Assembly: GCA_942490535.1 (NCBI GenBank)
Contig: CALNXQ010000001.1
Location: forward strand, 124,396-188,395
Reading direction: 5' to 3'
DNA length: 64,000 nt
DNA from: an uncultured Marinilabiliaceae bacterium
GTDB lineage: Bacteria > Bacteroidota > Bacteroidia > Bacteroidales > Marinilabiliaceae
How positions within the stretch are numbered: position 1 is the stretch's first letter; every line of letters begins with the position of its first letter. Below the pieces are notes generated by a model. The model was given only the letters and a program-made list of their open reading frames with translations. It did no database searches and was not told the DNA's origin. This document shows positions 16,789 through 26,286 of this stretch, in pieces. The position numbers and the translations under genes are program-made.

Positions 16789-18975
16789 TTAAAGATTCCT
16801 AAACAAGTAATCCGCTTTCATCTGATACAAGTGACTGCGAACATTACCCCCATAAATACTATGGTTGCGGTTCGGATAGGCAAACATATCAAATTGTTTT
16901 CCGGCCTGAACCAATCGATCCACATACTCCATTACATTTTGGAAATGGACATTGTCATCGGCGGTTCCGTGAATCAGGAATAGGCGACCACTCAAATCTT
17001 CCACATGGTTGATGGGGCTGTTGTCGTCATACCCATTGGCGTTTTCACGCGGGCGACGCATGTAACGCTCGGTGTACACCGAATCGTAATAGCGCCAGTT
17101 AGTCACTGGAGCCACTGCAATACCTACTTTAAATGCATCTGATTTACTCAAGCAAAGAGAGGTCATGAAACCACCATAGCTCCATCCCCAGATGCCAATG
17201 CGGTTACCGTCAATATAATCCAGAGAAGCCAGGTATTTGGCGCCTTCAATCTGATCGTCAGACTCCAACTTACCCAGTTTCATATAGGTGCATTTGCGGA
17301 ATGCTTCACCGCGGGCACCAGTACCCCGAGGGTCGATACAAACCACCATGTAGTCATTGGCTGCTAGATATTGTTCCCATCCAATGCCCCAGCGGTCTAG
17401 TACCTGTTGTGAGTTTGGCCCGCTGTATTGTGTCATTAAAACGGGGTATTGCTTATTGGCATCGAAGTTCAACGGTTTCACCATCCAGCCATTCAATTCA
17501 ACGCCTTCGCTGGTTTTAAAACGGAAGAACTCTTTGGGGCTAATTTCGAAATCAGTTAAACGTTTTTTCAGTGCTTCATTTTCTTCCAATACGCGAATTT
17601 GTTTGCCTTTACCATCGTGCAAAGTCACTAATGTTGGCGTATTAACATTGGAAAAATAATTGATGTAATATTTAAACCCTTTGCTGAAAGCTGCGCTGTT
17701 TGTGCCTTCCTGAGTTGAGAAGGCCATGCTTTTTTTGCCATCGGTACGAATAGCATAGACTTCACGGCGCATGGGCGATTGGGCTGCCGCCTGGTAGTAG
17801 AACATGCGGGTTTGAGCATTGTATCCCATGTATTCAGTGACATCCCAGTTTCCTTTTGTAATTTGTGCCACCTGACGGCCTGCCAGGGTATAAAGGTAGA
17901 TGTGGTTATATCCATCCATCTCACCCACATATACAAAGTGTTTGCCATCCTCCAGAAACTGTAGGTTATCCAATACATCAGATTCGATGTAGAACTCATT
18001 GCGATGTGTAAAAACGGCATTGGCAACTCCCGAAGCCGTATTGGCAATCAATAGATCCAACTGATTTTGATGGCGGTTCATGCGGATGATTCCCAGTTTA
18101 CCGCCTTCTTTGGTAAAGCGCACTCGTGGAATGTAGATATCTGTTTCTTCGCCAATGTTCATGGTTTTGGTGGTTCTGTTCTTAATGTTAAACACGTGAA
18201 CACTAACCACTGAATTATCCTGACCGGCCTTGGGATATTTAAACTTGTATTGGTCGGGATACAAAGCGTTGGCTTCGTTGTTGGGATGAGAAGCCTGGTA
18301 AACCGGGAAAGAGAATTCTTTAACATTGGATTCATCGAAACGCACAAAGGCAATTTCTTCGCTGTTGGCCGACCAGTCATAAGCCTGGTTGTAGCCAAAT
18401 TCTTCTTCGTAAACCCAGTCGGGTGCTCCGTTAATGATTTTGTTGAATTCACCATCGGTAGTGATGGCGCTTTCTGTACCGAACTTTAGCTTTTTCAGGA
18501 ATAAATCATTGTCACGCATGTAGGCGACCATTTCTCCATTGGGTGAGAAGGTAGCGATTTGTTGTTTGCCACTATCTGATAATGCTTCCAGTTCTTTTCT
18601 CTCAATGTCATAGACGTAGTAATTGGCTTTGAAAGAGTGGCGGTAAATACTTTCACTATTGGTATATAGCAATAGTTTGGTTTCATTGCCATTGAACTCA
18701 TAACCTTCGATGGTTTCGACAGGACAGTTCTCCAATTCTTCCAGATTGATAATGGTGCCCACTTTATTGCCTGATGCATAGGCGAATTTCTCAACGCGTT
18801 TTCCTTTTTCAAGCGTGGTAAAATGAATCCCGTCATTCATTGATCTCAAACCACGGACGGAACGGGCATAAAAAGAATAGTTCTTATTAATGTCGTCAAG
18901 AGAGACTTTCTTTTTTTGTGCCGTTACCATATACGGCATCAATAAGGCAGTCAAAACGAATAATAAATGTTTCAT
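16789..18975 (-). CDS. S9B family dipeptidyl-peptidase IV / prolyl tripeptidyl peptidase, secreted
   Basis: It has a signal peptide, an N-terminal DPP-IV beta-propeller region, and a C-terminal alpha/beta hydrolase with the GWSYGG nucleophile elbow. Confidence 0.85.
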   Translation of the reverse strand: MKHLLFVLTALLMPYMVTAQKKKVSLDDINKNYSFYARSVRGLRSMNDGIHFTTLEKGKRVEKFAYASGNKVGTIINLEELENCPVETIEGYEFNGNETKLLLYTNSESIYRHSFKANYYVYDIERKELEALSDSGKQQIATFSPNGEMVAYMRDNDLFLKKLKFGTESAITTDGEFNKIINGAPDWVYEEEFGYNQAYDWSANSEEIAFVRFDESNVKEFSFPVYQASHPNNEANALYPDQYKFKYPKAGQDNSVVSVHVFNIKNRTTKTMNIGEETDIYIPRVRFTKEGGKLGIIRMNRHQNQLDLLIANTASGVANAVFTHRNEFYIESDVLDNLQFLEDGKHFVYVGEMDGYNHIYLYTLAGRQVAQITKGNWDVTEYMGYNAQTRMFYYQAAAQSPMRREVYAIRTDGKKSMAFSTQEGTNSAAFSKGFKYYINYFSNVNTPTLVTLHDGKGKQIRVLEENEALKKRLTDFEISPKEFFRFKTSEGVELNGWMVKPLNFDANKQYPVLMTQYSGPNSQQVLDRWGIGWEQYLAANDYMVVCIDPRGTGARGEAFRKCTYMKLGKLESDDQIEGAKYLASLDYIDGNRIGIWGWSYGGFMTSLCLSKSDAFKVGIAVAPVTNWRYYDSVYTERYMRRPRENANGYDDNSPINHVEDLSGRLFLIHGTADDNVHFQNVMEYVDRLVQAGKQFDMFAYPNRNHSIYGGNVRSHLYQMKADYLFRNL

Positions 18976-19156
18976 GATTTATCTGTTTTTTTATTTAATT
19001 GCACATAAGGTGGGTAAGGCCCATGAAAACTTTACCTCAGAGTCAAAACTACAAAATAAGCCATGGATAAAACAAGGGGATTTGACAGTATTGTTAAATT
19101 GTGTCCATGAAAGTGTAATTTTTCAAGATAGTGCCGCTGCTTTCAGCTGTTTTATA

Positions 19157-19164
19157 TATCTTTG
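19157..19164 (+). promoter_or_regulatory. -7 promoter box TATCTTTG upstream of thrS
   Basis: It matches TAnnTTTG and lies 31 nt upstream of the thrS ATG. The same TATCTTTGC motif occurs upstream of dapB (22532-22539) and argS (47107-47114). Confidence 0.45.
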
Positions 19165-19194
19165 CGTGTTTTTTAAAATCAATGAAGCAGAAGC

Positions 19195-21144
19195 ATGATA
19201 AAAATCACATTTCCTGACCTGAGTGTCAGAGAGTTTAATGAAGGCGTAACCGGTTTAGAGATAGCGGGTAGCATTAGTTCACGCCTGGCTAAGGAGGTAT
19301 TGGCAATAAGTGTTAACGATTCCATTATGGATTTGACGCGCCCCATTACCACGGATGCCACGATTAAACTTCATAAGTGGGATGATGCGGAAGGCAAACA
19401 TGCGTTTTGGCATTCATCGGCTCACTTGTTGGCCGAAGCCATTGAAGCGCTTTATCCGGGAACGAAATTTGGAATCGGACCAACCATTGAAAATGGATTT
19501 TATTACGATATAGATACTCCAGAAGGGGTTGTGATCAAAGATTCGGACTTGCCAAAGGTTGAAAAGAAAATGAAAGAGTTGGCCAGTCAGAAAAATGACT
19601 ATCTACGTGAAGAGGTGTCCAAGCAGGAAGCTTTGGATTTCTTTGGTAAAAAAGACGAAACGTACAAAGTTGAATTGATCAATGAGCTGGAAGATGGTAC
19701 CATCTCGTTTTACAAGCAAGGTAATTTCACCGATTTGTGTCGGGGGCCACACTTGCCGTCTACAGCACCCATCAAGGCTGTTAAGTTATTGAGTGTAGCG
19801 GGTGCCTATTGGAGAGGCGATGAGAAACGGAAACAATTGACACGTATTTATGGTGTTTCGTTCCCAAAGGCAAAAATGCTGGAAGAGCATTTGTTGTTGT
19901 TGGAAGAAGCTATGAAACGCGATCACCGGAAGATTGGTAAAGAATTGGAGTTGTTTGCATTTTCGCAGAAAGTTGGTCAGGGGTTGCCATTGTGGTTGCC
20001 TAAAGGAGCCAGGCTGCGCGAGCGTTTGGAAAACTTCCTCAAGAAAGTGCAGAGTCGATATGGGTACGAGCCGGTGATTACCCCTCATATTGGAAATAAA
20101 GAGTTGTATGTGACGTCCGGGCATTATGCCAAGTATGGTAAGGATTCGTTCCAGCCAATCAATACGCCTGCTGAAGGGGAGGAATTCTTGCTGAAGCCCA
20201 TGAATTGTCCGCACCACTGCGAGATTTATAAAGTAAAGCCACGCTCTTATAAGGATTTACCCATCCGTTTTGCAGAGTTTGGAACGGTATACCGTTATGA
20301 GCAAAGTGGTGAGTTGCATGGGTTGACAAGGGTAAGAGGATTTACTCAGGATGATGCGCATTTGTTCTGTCGTCCGGATCAGTTGAAAGATGAATTTAAA
20401 AAAGTAATCGATATTATTCTGTATATCTTTAAAGCATTGGATTTTAAAGAATACATTACGCAGGTTTCATTGCGCGACAAGGAGGATCATTCCAAATACA
20501 TCGGAAGTGATGAGAATTGGGATAAGGCTGAACAAGCGATTATTGAAGCGTGTGAGGAGAAGGGAATGAATACCATCATTGAGTATGGTGAGGCTGCATT
20601 CTATGGTCCTAAGTTGGATTTTATGGTGAAGGATGCATTGGGACGTAAATGGCAGTTGGGAACCATTCAGGTGGATTATAACTTGCCAGAGCGTTTCGAA
20701 CTGGAGTATATTGGTAGTGATAATCAAAAACACCGTCCCGTGATGATTCACCGGGCTCCATTTGGTAGTATGGAACGTTTCGTGGCTGTGTTAATAGAAC
20801 ATACAGCAGGAAAATTCCCATTATGGTTAACGCCTGAGCAGGTAGTGATATTACCGATCAGTGAAAAACATAATGAGTATGCAAAAAAAGTTTTGAATTT
20901 CCTGAATAATTCCGATATTCGTGCCGTTCTGGATGACCGTAATGAGAAAATCGGTAAAAAGATCAGGGACAATGAATTAAAGCGTATTCCTTACTTGCTG
21001 GTTGTCGGTGAAAAAGAAGCCGAGGAGAACAAAGTTGCTGTTCGTCGTCAGGGAGAAGGGGATCAAGGCGTGATGTCACCAGAAGATTTTGTTAACTTCA
21101 TCAATCAGGAAGTGGACAAGATGCTTTCTGAAATTGAAAATTAG
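19195..21144 (+). CDS. thrS: Threonyl-tRNA synthetase
   Basis: It has the TGS/N-terminal domain, the class II catalytic core (motifs around FRLSG.HRAPFGS) and a C-terminal anticodon-binding domain, in 649 aa. Confidence 0.95.
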   Translation: MIKITFPDLSVREFNEGVTGLEIAGSISSRLAKEVLAISVNDSIMDLTRPITTDATIKLHKWDDAEGKHAFWHSSAHLLAEAIEALYPGTKFGIGPTIENGFYYDIDTPEGVVIKDSDLPKVEKKMKELASQKNDYLREEVSKQEALDFFGKKDETYKVELINELEDGTISFYKQGNFTDLCRGPHLPSTAPIKAVKLLSVAGAYWRGDEKRKQLTRIYGVSFPKAKMLEEHLLLLEEAMKRDHRKIGKELELFAFSQKVGQGLPLWLPKGARLRERLENFLKKVQSRYGYEPVITPHIGNKELYVTSGHYAKYGKDSFQPINTPAEGEEFLLKPMNCPHHCEIYKVKPRSYKDLPIRFAEFGTVYRYEQSGELHGLTRVRGFTQDDAHLFCRPDQLKDEFKKVIDIILYIFKALDFKEYITQVSLRDKEDHSKYIGSDENWDKAEQAIIEACEEKGMNTIIEYGEAAFYGPKLDFMVKDALGRKWQLGTIQVDYNLPERFELEYIGSDNQKHRPVMIHRAPFGSMERFVAVLIEHTAGKFPLWLTPEQVVILPISEKHNEYAKKVLNFLNNSDIRAVLDDRNEKIGKKIRDNELKRIPYLLVVGEKEAEENKVAVRRQGEGDQGVMSPEDFVNFINQEVDKMLSEIEN

Positions 21145-21172
21145 TATTCACTAAATTAAGGAGGGTTTAACA

Positions 21173-21736
21173 ATAGCTAGACCAAACAAAAGACAGGTAA
21201 GACCTAAGAAAGAAGAACCGGCTCATCGAATTAATCGATTGATCAGGGTTCCTCAGGTAAGGTTAGTCGGTGATAACATCGAAAACCCGGGGGTATTTCC
21301 GACAGTAGAAGCCTTGAAAATGGCTGATGAACAGGATTTGGATTTGGTAGAAATTTCACCAAAGGCCGATCCGCCAGTATGTAAGATTACAGATTACCAG
21401 AAATTCCTTTATCAGCAAAAGAAAAAGCAGAAGGAAATGAAGGCAAAAGCTGTGAAAGTAATCGTTAAAGAGATCCGTTTTGGACCAAATACCGACGATC
21501 ACGATTATCAGTTTAAGTTGAGGCATGCTGAAAAGTTCTTGGAAGAAGGAGCGAAAGTAAAGGCTTTTGTGTTCTTTAAAGGCCGTTCGATATTGTTTAA
21601 GGACAAAGGCGAGATTTTGTTGTTACGTTTTGCTCAGGATCTGGAAGAGATCGGAAAAGTAGAGCAACTTCCCAAATTGGAAGGTAAGCGCATGATCATG
21701 TTTATGGCTCCTAAAGCATCGGCTAAGAAGAAATAA
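21173..21736 (+). CDS. infC: Translation initiation factor IF-3, predicted non-AUG (ATA) start preceded by a strong Shine-Dalgarno
   Basis: The track ORF starts at TTG 21239. The frame is open upstream to a TAA at 21152. TAAGGAGG at 21156-21163 is followed 9 nt later by an in-frame ATA at 21173. The extension encodes ARPN..., matching the E. coli IF3 N-terminus (TARPNRIN), and the C-terminal IF3 domains are clear. Confidence 0.8.
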   Translation: MARPNKRQVRPKKEEPAHRINRLIRVPQVRLVGDNIENPGVFPTVEALKMADEQDLDLVEISPKADPPVCKITDYQKFLYQQKKKQKEMKAKAVKVIVKEIRFGPNTDDHDYQFKLRHAEKFLEEGAKVKAFVFFKGRSILFKDKGEILLLRFAQDLEEIGKVEQLPKLEGKRMIMFMAPKASAKKK

Positions 21737-21768
21737 GGCCAATTTTTATAACTAAATATATAGGAATA

Positions 21769-21966
21769 ATGCCAAAAATGAAAACGAACTCCAGTGCGAA
21801 GAAGAGATTCACAATCACTGGGAGTGGAAAAATTAAGAGGAAGCACGCGTTTAAAAGTCACATCTTGACTAAGAAATCAACAAAGCGTAAGAGAAACTTG
21901 ACGTATGCAGGCACTGTTCACAAAGCTGATGAATCAAACATCAAGCTGTTATTGAACATGAAGTAA
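21769..21966 (+). CDS. rpmI: 50S ribosomal protein L35
   Basis: The protein starts [14 protein letters not shown]..., is 65 aa and basic. Confidence 0.9.
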   Translation: MPKMKTNSSAKKRFTITGSGKIKRKHAFKSHILTKKSTKRKRNLTYAGTVHKADESNIKLLLNMK

Positions 21967-22064
21967 GCGTTCTTCTTAAAAGAGAAATTAATTAATTTAA
22001 CCAGAGTGAATTAGCCGAAAGATCCCGTTGGTCGGGACGCTAACCATTCGAAAATGATTTAGAA

Positions 22065-22415
22065 ATGCCAAGATCAGTAAATCATGTTGCGTCGAGAGAG
22101 AGACGTAGAAAGTTGTTGAAGAAAACCAAAGGTTACTTTGGTAGAAGAAAAAATGTTTGGACTGTTGCGAAAAATACCTATGAAAAAGGTTTGCAGTATG
22201 CGTACCGCGACAGAAAGAAGAAGAAAAGTAATTTCAGAGCATTGTGGATTATGCGTATTAACGCAGCCGCTCGCTTGGAAGGAGTTTCGTATAGTAAGTT
22301 AATGGGTATGTTGCACAAAGAGAACATCGAAATTAACCGCAAAGTTTTGGCTGACCTTGCTGTGAATCATCCTGAAGCTTTTAAAGCTGTAGTGAAAAAA
22401 GCTATGAATGCTTAA
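22065..22415 (+). CDS. rplT: 50S ribosomal protein L20
   Basis: The protein starts [26 protein letters not shown]..., is 116 aa, and is in the classical infC-rpmI-rplT order. Confidence 0.9.
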   Translation: MPRSVNHVASRERRRKLLKKTKGYFGRRKNVWTVAKNTYEKGLQYAYRDRKKKKSNFRALWIMRINAAARLEGVSYSKLMGMLHKENIEINRKVLADLAVNHPEAFKAVVKKAMNA

Positions 22416-22443
22416 TTCAACGATTCGCTTAATAATATATTAT

Positions 22444-22468
22444 AAAGGAGGCTTAGGCCTCCTTTTTT
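22444..22468 (+). terminator. Rho-independent terminator after rplT
   Basis: AAAGGAGGC-TTAG-GCCTCCTTT is a 9-bp stem, followed by a TTTTTT run. Confidence 0.75.
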
Positions 22469-22570
22469 GCTTTATTTAAGTCCGGGTTTTAACTTATCAC
22501 TGTTTCATACCCGATACTTGTGCTCTTTTTTTATCTTTGCTCTTATAAGATAAAATAAGTAGAAGAGCGC

Positions 22571-23287
22571 ATGAAGATAGCATTGATAGGATATGGGAAA
22601 ATGGGCAAGGAGATTGAGAAAATTGCCCTGGATCGTGGTCATGAAATTGTGACTGTTATTGATGTTTCCACCAATGGGTCCTTTGACGACGAAGCTTTTA
22701 AATCGGCCGATGTCGCCATTGAGTTCACCCGGCCTGAAGCGGCCTACGATAATTACCTCCAATGCTTCAATAAAAATATACCGGTTGTGTCCGGGACTAC
22801 CGGTTGGTTAGATCATCTAGAAGATATTAAGAAGCGGTGTGCTACGGATAAAAAGACCTTCTTTTATGCCTCCAATTTTAGTTTAGGTGTCAATATTTTC
22901 TTCGAGATTAACAAGCAGTTGGCGCGCCTTATGAATAAAGTGCAAGAGTATGAAGTAAGTATGGAAGAGGTACATCATACTCAAAAATTAGATGCGCCAA
23001 GCGGAACTGCCATTACACTGGCAGAAGGGATTATTGAAAATCTGGAGCGAAAAAATAATTGGGCCAGTGAGACGGCAGATAAAGCGGATGAAATTGCTAT
23101 TAAGGCTTTCCGTGAAGGCGATGTGCCGGGTATTCACACCGTGAAATACGATTCTTCGGTGGACGAAATTGTGATTCATCACAGTGCTAAATCGCGAAAG
23201 GGATTTGCGCTGGGTGCTGTCTTGGCCGCTGAATTTGTGAAAGGCAAGACGGGTTTTTTATCCATGAAAGATTTATTAAACTTCTAA
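22571..23287 (+). CDS. dapB: 4-hydroxy-tetrahydrodipicolinate reductase
   Basis: The N-terminus MKIALIGYGKMGKEI is a Rossmann motif. It is 238 aa and in the conserved Bacteroidota dapB-lepB arrangement. Confidence 0.85.
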   Translation: MKIALIGYGKMGKEIEKIALDRGHEIVTVIDVSTNGSFDDEAFKSADVAIEFTRPEAAYDNYLQCFNKNIPVVSGTTGWLDHLEDIKKRCATDKKTFFYASNFSLGVNIFFEINKQLARLMNKVQEYEVSMEEVHHTQKLDAPSGTAITLAEGIIENLERKNNWASETADKADEIAIKAFREGDVPGIHTVKYDSSVDEIVIHHSAKSRKGFALGAVLAAEFVKGKTGFLSMKDLLNF

Positions 23288-23299
23288 CCTTAATTAAAT

Positions 23300-24730
23300 A
23301 TGATGCAAAACATACCTATGGCTCGATGGATTAAATTTGGTATTGCCAGTTTAGTTTTCATCTTGTGGGTAATTTGGGTGGGTAACTTCTGGTTACTACT
23401 GTTATATCCTTTACTTTTTGATGCTTATATCACCAAGAAAGTACCTTGGGATTTTTGGAAAAAACAAAAAGATGGTCAAAAACCCAATAAAGTTATTGAA
23501 TGGATCGATGCATTAGTGTTTGCATTGGTTGCTGTCTATCTCATTAATATCTTCTTGTTTCAAAACTATAAGATACCAACAAGCTCTTTAGAGAAATCCT
23601 TGTTGGTGGGTGATCATTTATTTGTAAGTAAAGTCAGTTTTGGGCCACGCATGCCCAATACGCCCATTGCTTTCCCATTGGTTCAAAACACTTTTCCCGT
23701 CATCAACACCAAGTCGTATTCTAGTTGGCCCCATTGGGACTATAAAAGGCTGGCTGGTTTTGGTGATGTAAAGCGAGACGATATTGTGGTGTTTAATTTT
23801 CCTGCTGGTGATTCGGTGCCTTTTAAAGTAACCAATCCGGATATCTATAATTTATCCATGGAGGTTGGCATTGGAGAAGCAGCTCGTAATTCTAAATTAC
23901 TGCCCACTCAACCATTCAATTCAGCCTGGGAGCGTAATAATTACTTCCGTAGTATCGGTCGGAAAATAATCGATAACAATGAAGCTTCTTATGGAGAGGT
24001 GCTGTATCGGCCGGTTGATCGCCGTGATAATTATGTGAAACGTTGTGTGGCTCTGCCAGGCGATGTGTTTGAAATTCGAAGCAACCAGATTTACATCGAT
24101 GGGGAGAAAGTGAATAATCCGGAAGGTTTGCAGCATAATTATACCGTTACTACTGATGGAACAACCTTAAATGATCGTTTCTTTGATAAAATTGGTGTGG
24201 CGAAGGATGATCAAATGGGTATGTCGCCCAATTACTTTTTGCCCTTAACTGCTGCTCAGCTTGAGCAAGTAAAAGGATTTAGTTTCATTAAAAGTGTGAG
24301 AGTGCAGGAAATGAAACCCGATTCAAGTGGGTTGCAAACCTTTCCACATAGTCCGGACTATAACTGGAGCCGTGATAATTATGGGCCTTTAAAGATGCCC
24401 GCAGCTGGCGAGACGGTCGCATTAGACCTGAAGAATCTGGTTTTGTACGATCGCATCATCACAGCCTATGAAGGCAATACTTTAAAAGTTAAAGAGGGTG
24501 ATGTTTTTATCAATGGCGAAAAGGCAGATTCCTATACCTTTAAAATGAATTATTACTTTATGTTAGGTGATAATCGGCATAAATCAGCGGATTCACGTTT
24601 CTGGGGTTTTGTACCGGAAGATCATATTGTTGGAAAGCCCATTTTAGTTTGGCTTTCATTGGATAAGGATAAAAGCTTTCCAGCCAGTATTCGGTGGAAT
24701 CGGTTTTTTAAGATCGTACATAATAATTAA
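23300..24730 (+). CDS. lepB: Signal peptidase I (S26A), long Bacteroidota form, copy 1
   Basis: Box B PTSSLEKSL retains the Ser nucleophile position, box D YVKRCVALPGD retains the general-base Lys, and box E GDNRHKSADSRFWG is present. The probable start is the second ATG at 23303, by comparison with copy 2. Confidence 0.8.
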   Translation: MMQNIPMARWIKFGIASLVFILWVIWVGNFWLLLLYPLLFDAYITKKVPWDFWKKQKDGQKPNKVIEWIDALVFALVAVYLINIFLFQNYKIPTSSLEKSLLVGDHLFVSKVSFGPRMPNTPIAFPLVQNTFPVINTKSYSSWPHWDYKRLAGFGDVKRDDIVVFNFPAGDSVPFKVTNPDIYNLSMEVGIGEAARNSKLLPTQPFNSAWERNNYFRSIGRKIIDNNEASYGEVLYRPVDRRDNYVKRCVALPGDVFEIRSNQIYIDGEKVNNPEGLQHNYTVTTDGTTLNDRFFDKIGVAKDDQMGMSPNYFLPLTAAQLEQVKGFSFIKSVRVQEMKPDSSGLQTFPHSPDYNWSRDNYGPLKMPAAGETVALDLKNLVLYDRIITAYEGNTLKVKEGDVFINGEKADSYTFKMNYYFMLGDNRHKSADSRFWGFVPEDHIVGKPILVWLSLDKDKSFPASIRWNRFFKIVHNN

Positions 24731-24742
24731 ACAACATATAAA

Positions 24743-24770
24743 GAAGTTTCCCTTGGAAACTTCTTTTTTT
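24743..24770 (+). terminator. Intrinsic terminator after lepB copy 1
   Basis: GAAGTTTCC-CTT-GGAAACTTC is a 9-bp perfect stem, followed by TTTTTTT. Confidence 0.7.
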
Positions 24771-24817
24771 CTATGCAGTTGAAAGCTACAATTAATTTCG
24801 AACCCTAATTAATTATA

Positions 24818-26245
24818 ATGCAAAACATACCTATGTCGCGATGGATTAAATTTGGTATATCCAGTTTAGTATTCATTTTGTGGGTAATTTGGGTGGGTAA
24901 CTTCTGGTTTCTATTGATATATCCATTATTATTTGATGCCTATATTACCAAGAAAATACCGTGGAATTTTTGGAAGAAACGAAAGGATGGTCAAAAACCA
25001 AGTGCGGTAATTGAATGGATTGATGCTTTGGTATTCGCACTGGTTGCTGTTTATCTAATCAATATTTTCTTGTTTCAGAACTATAAGATACCCACCAGTT
25101 CACTGGAGAAGTCATTATTGGTGAATGATCACTTGTTCGTGAGTAAAGTGAGTTATGGTCCTCGTATGCCGAATACTCCCATTGCTTTTCCGTTGGTGCA
25201 GAACACATTTCCAATTACCAAGAGCAAGTCTTATTCCAGTTGGCCCCATTGGGATTACAAGCGCCTGGCTGGTTTTGGAGATGTGAAAAGGGATGATATT
25301 GTGGTGTTTAATTTCCCGACCGGTGATTCCGTACCAGTTAAGCAGACGAATCCGGATATTTATATTTTATCCATGGAAATAGGCGTTAATGAGGTCGCTC
25401 GTAATTCCCAATTGATACCCTCTCAATCATTTAATTCAGCTTGGGAGCGTAATCAGTATTTTAGAGGAATTGGCCGACGTATTATTGAAAACAATGAAGC
25501 TTCCTATGGTGAAATAGTATACCGTCCAGTGGATCGTCGTGATAATTACGTAAAACGATGTGTGGCTTTACCTGGTGATCTGTTTGAAATGCGAAGCAAT
25601 CAGATCTATATTAATGGTGAAAAGGTATCTAATCCGGAAGGATTACAGCATAACTACACCGTTATTACGGATGGAACGACCCTCAATGAACGTTTCTTTG
25701 AGAAAATTGGGATAGCAAAGGCAGATCAGATGGGTATGTCACCCAAATACTTTTTGCCGCTTACAAGTGCTCAGCTGGAACAGGTGAAAGGATGTAAGTT
25801 TGTTGAAAGTGTGACGGTTCAGGAAACGAAACCGGATTCAAGTGGTTTGCAAATCTTTCCGTACAGCCCGGATTACAACTGGAGCCGCGATAATTATGGA
25901 CCATTAAAAATACCCGTTGCGGGAGAGACTGTAGAGTTGAATACTAAGAATTTGGTGTTGTATGATCGTATTATTACAGCATATGAGGGAAATACCTTAG
26001 CTATGAAGGAGGGTGAGATTTTTATCAATGGTGAAAAGGCGAGCTCTTATACGTTTAAAATGAATTACTATTTTATGTTAGGTGATAATCGTCAAAAATC
26101 TGCTGATTCGCGCATGTGGGGTTTTGTGCCGGAAGATCATATTGTCGGAAAACCTATTTTAGTATGGCTTTCTTACGATAAAGATAAAGGATTTCCAGCC
26201 AATATTCGCTGGGACAGGTTTTTTAAGATCGTACATAAATACTAA
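24818..26245 (+). CDS. lepB: Signal peptidase I (S26A), long form, copy 2 (tandem paralog, ~85% identical to copy 1)
   Basis: It is collinear with copy 1 along its whole length, and boxes B, D and E are conserved. Confidence 0.8.
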   Translation: MQNIPMSRWIKFGISSLVFILWVIWVGNFWFLLIYPLLFDAYITKKIPWNFWKKRKDGQKPSAVIEWIDALVFALVAVYLINIFLFQNYKIPTSSLEKSLLVNDHLFVSKVSYGPRMPNTPIAFPLVQNTFPITKSKSYSSWPHWDYKRLAGFGDVKRDDIVVFNFPTGDSVPVKQTNPDIYILSMEIGVNEVARNSQLIPSQSFNSAWERNQYFRGIGRRIIENNEASYGEIVYRPVDRRDNYVKRCVALPGDLFEMRSNQIYINGEKVSNPEGLQHNYTVITDGTTLNERFFEKIGIAKADQMGMSPKYFLPLTSAQLEQVKGCKFVESVTVQETKPDSSGLQIFPYSPDYNWSRDNYGPLKIPVAGETVELNTKNLVLYDRIITAYEGNTLAMKEGEIFINGEKASSYTFKMNYYFMLGDNRQKSADSRMWGFVPEDHIVGKPILVWLSYDKDKGFPANIRWDRFFKIVHKY

Positions 26246-26258
26246 ATTAGTTATAAAT

Positions 26259-26285
26259 AAGTTTTCATTGGAAACTTCTTTTTTC
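26259..26285 (+). terminator. Degenerate copy of the lepB terminator after copy 2
   Basis: AAGTTT-TCATTGG-AAACTT is followed by a T-run. It is homologous to 24743-24770 but has a weakened stem. Confidence 0.4.
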
Positions 26286-26286
26286 T

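Noticed and set aside
16252-16800. Possible genomic island or integrative element anchored at tRNA-Leu
   Set aside because: No integrase, excisionase or transposase is present. There is no repeat of the tRNA 3' end, and the flanking genes (gldAFG, DPP-IV) are typical chromosomal genes.
24771-24807. 11-codon ORF ATGCAGTTGAAAGCTACAATTAATTTCGAACCCTAA after lepB copy 1
   Set aside because: It is not a gene. It is the duplicated first 14 nt of the third signal peptidase gene and marks the duplication junction.
23300-26245. Possibility that one long lepB copy is a pseudogene
   Set aside because: Both copies are full length with no frameshifts or stops, and both conserve boxes B, D and E.
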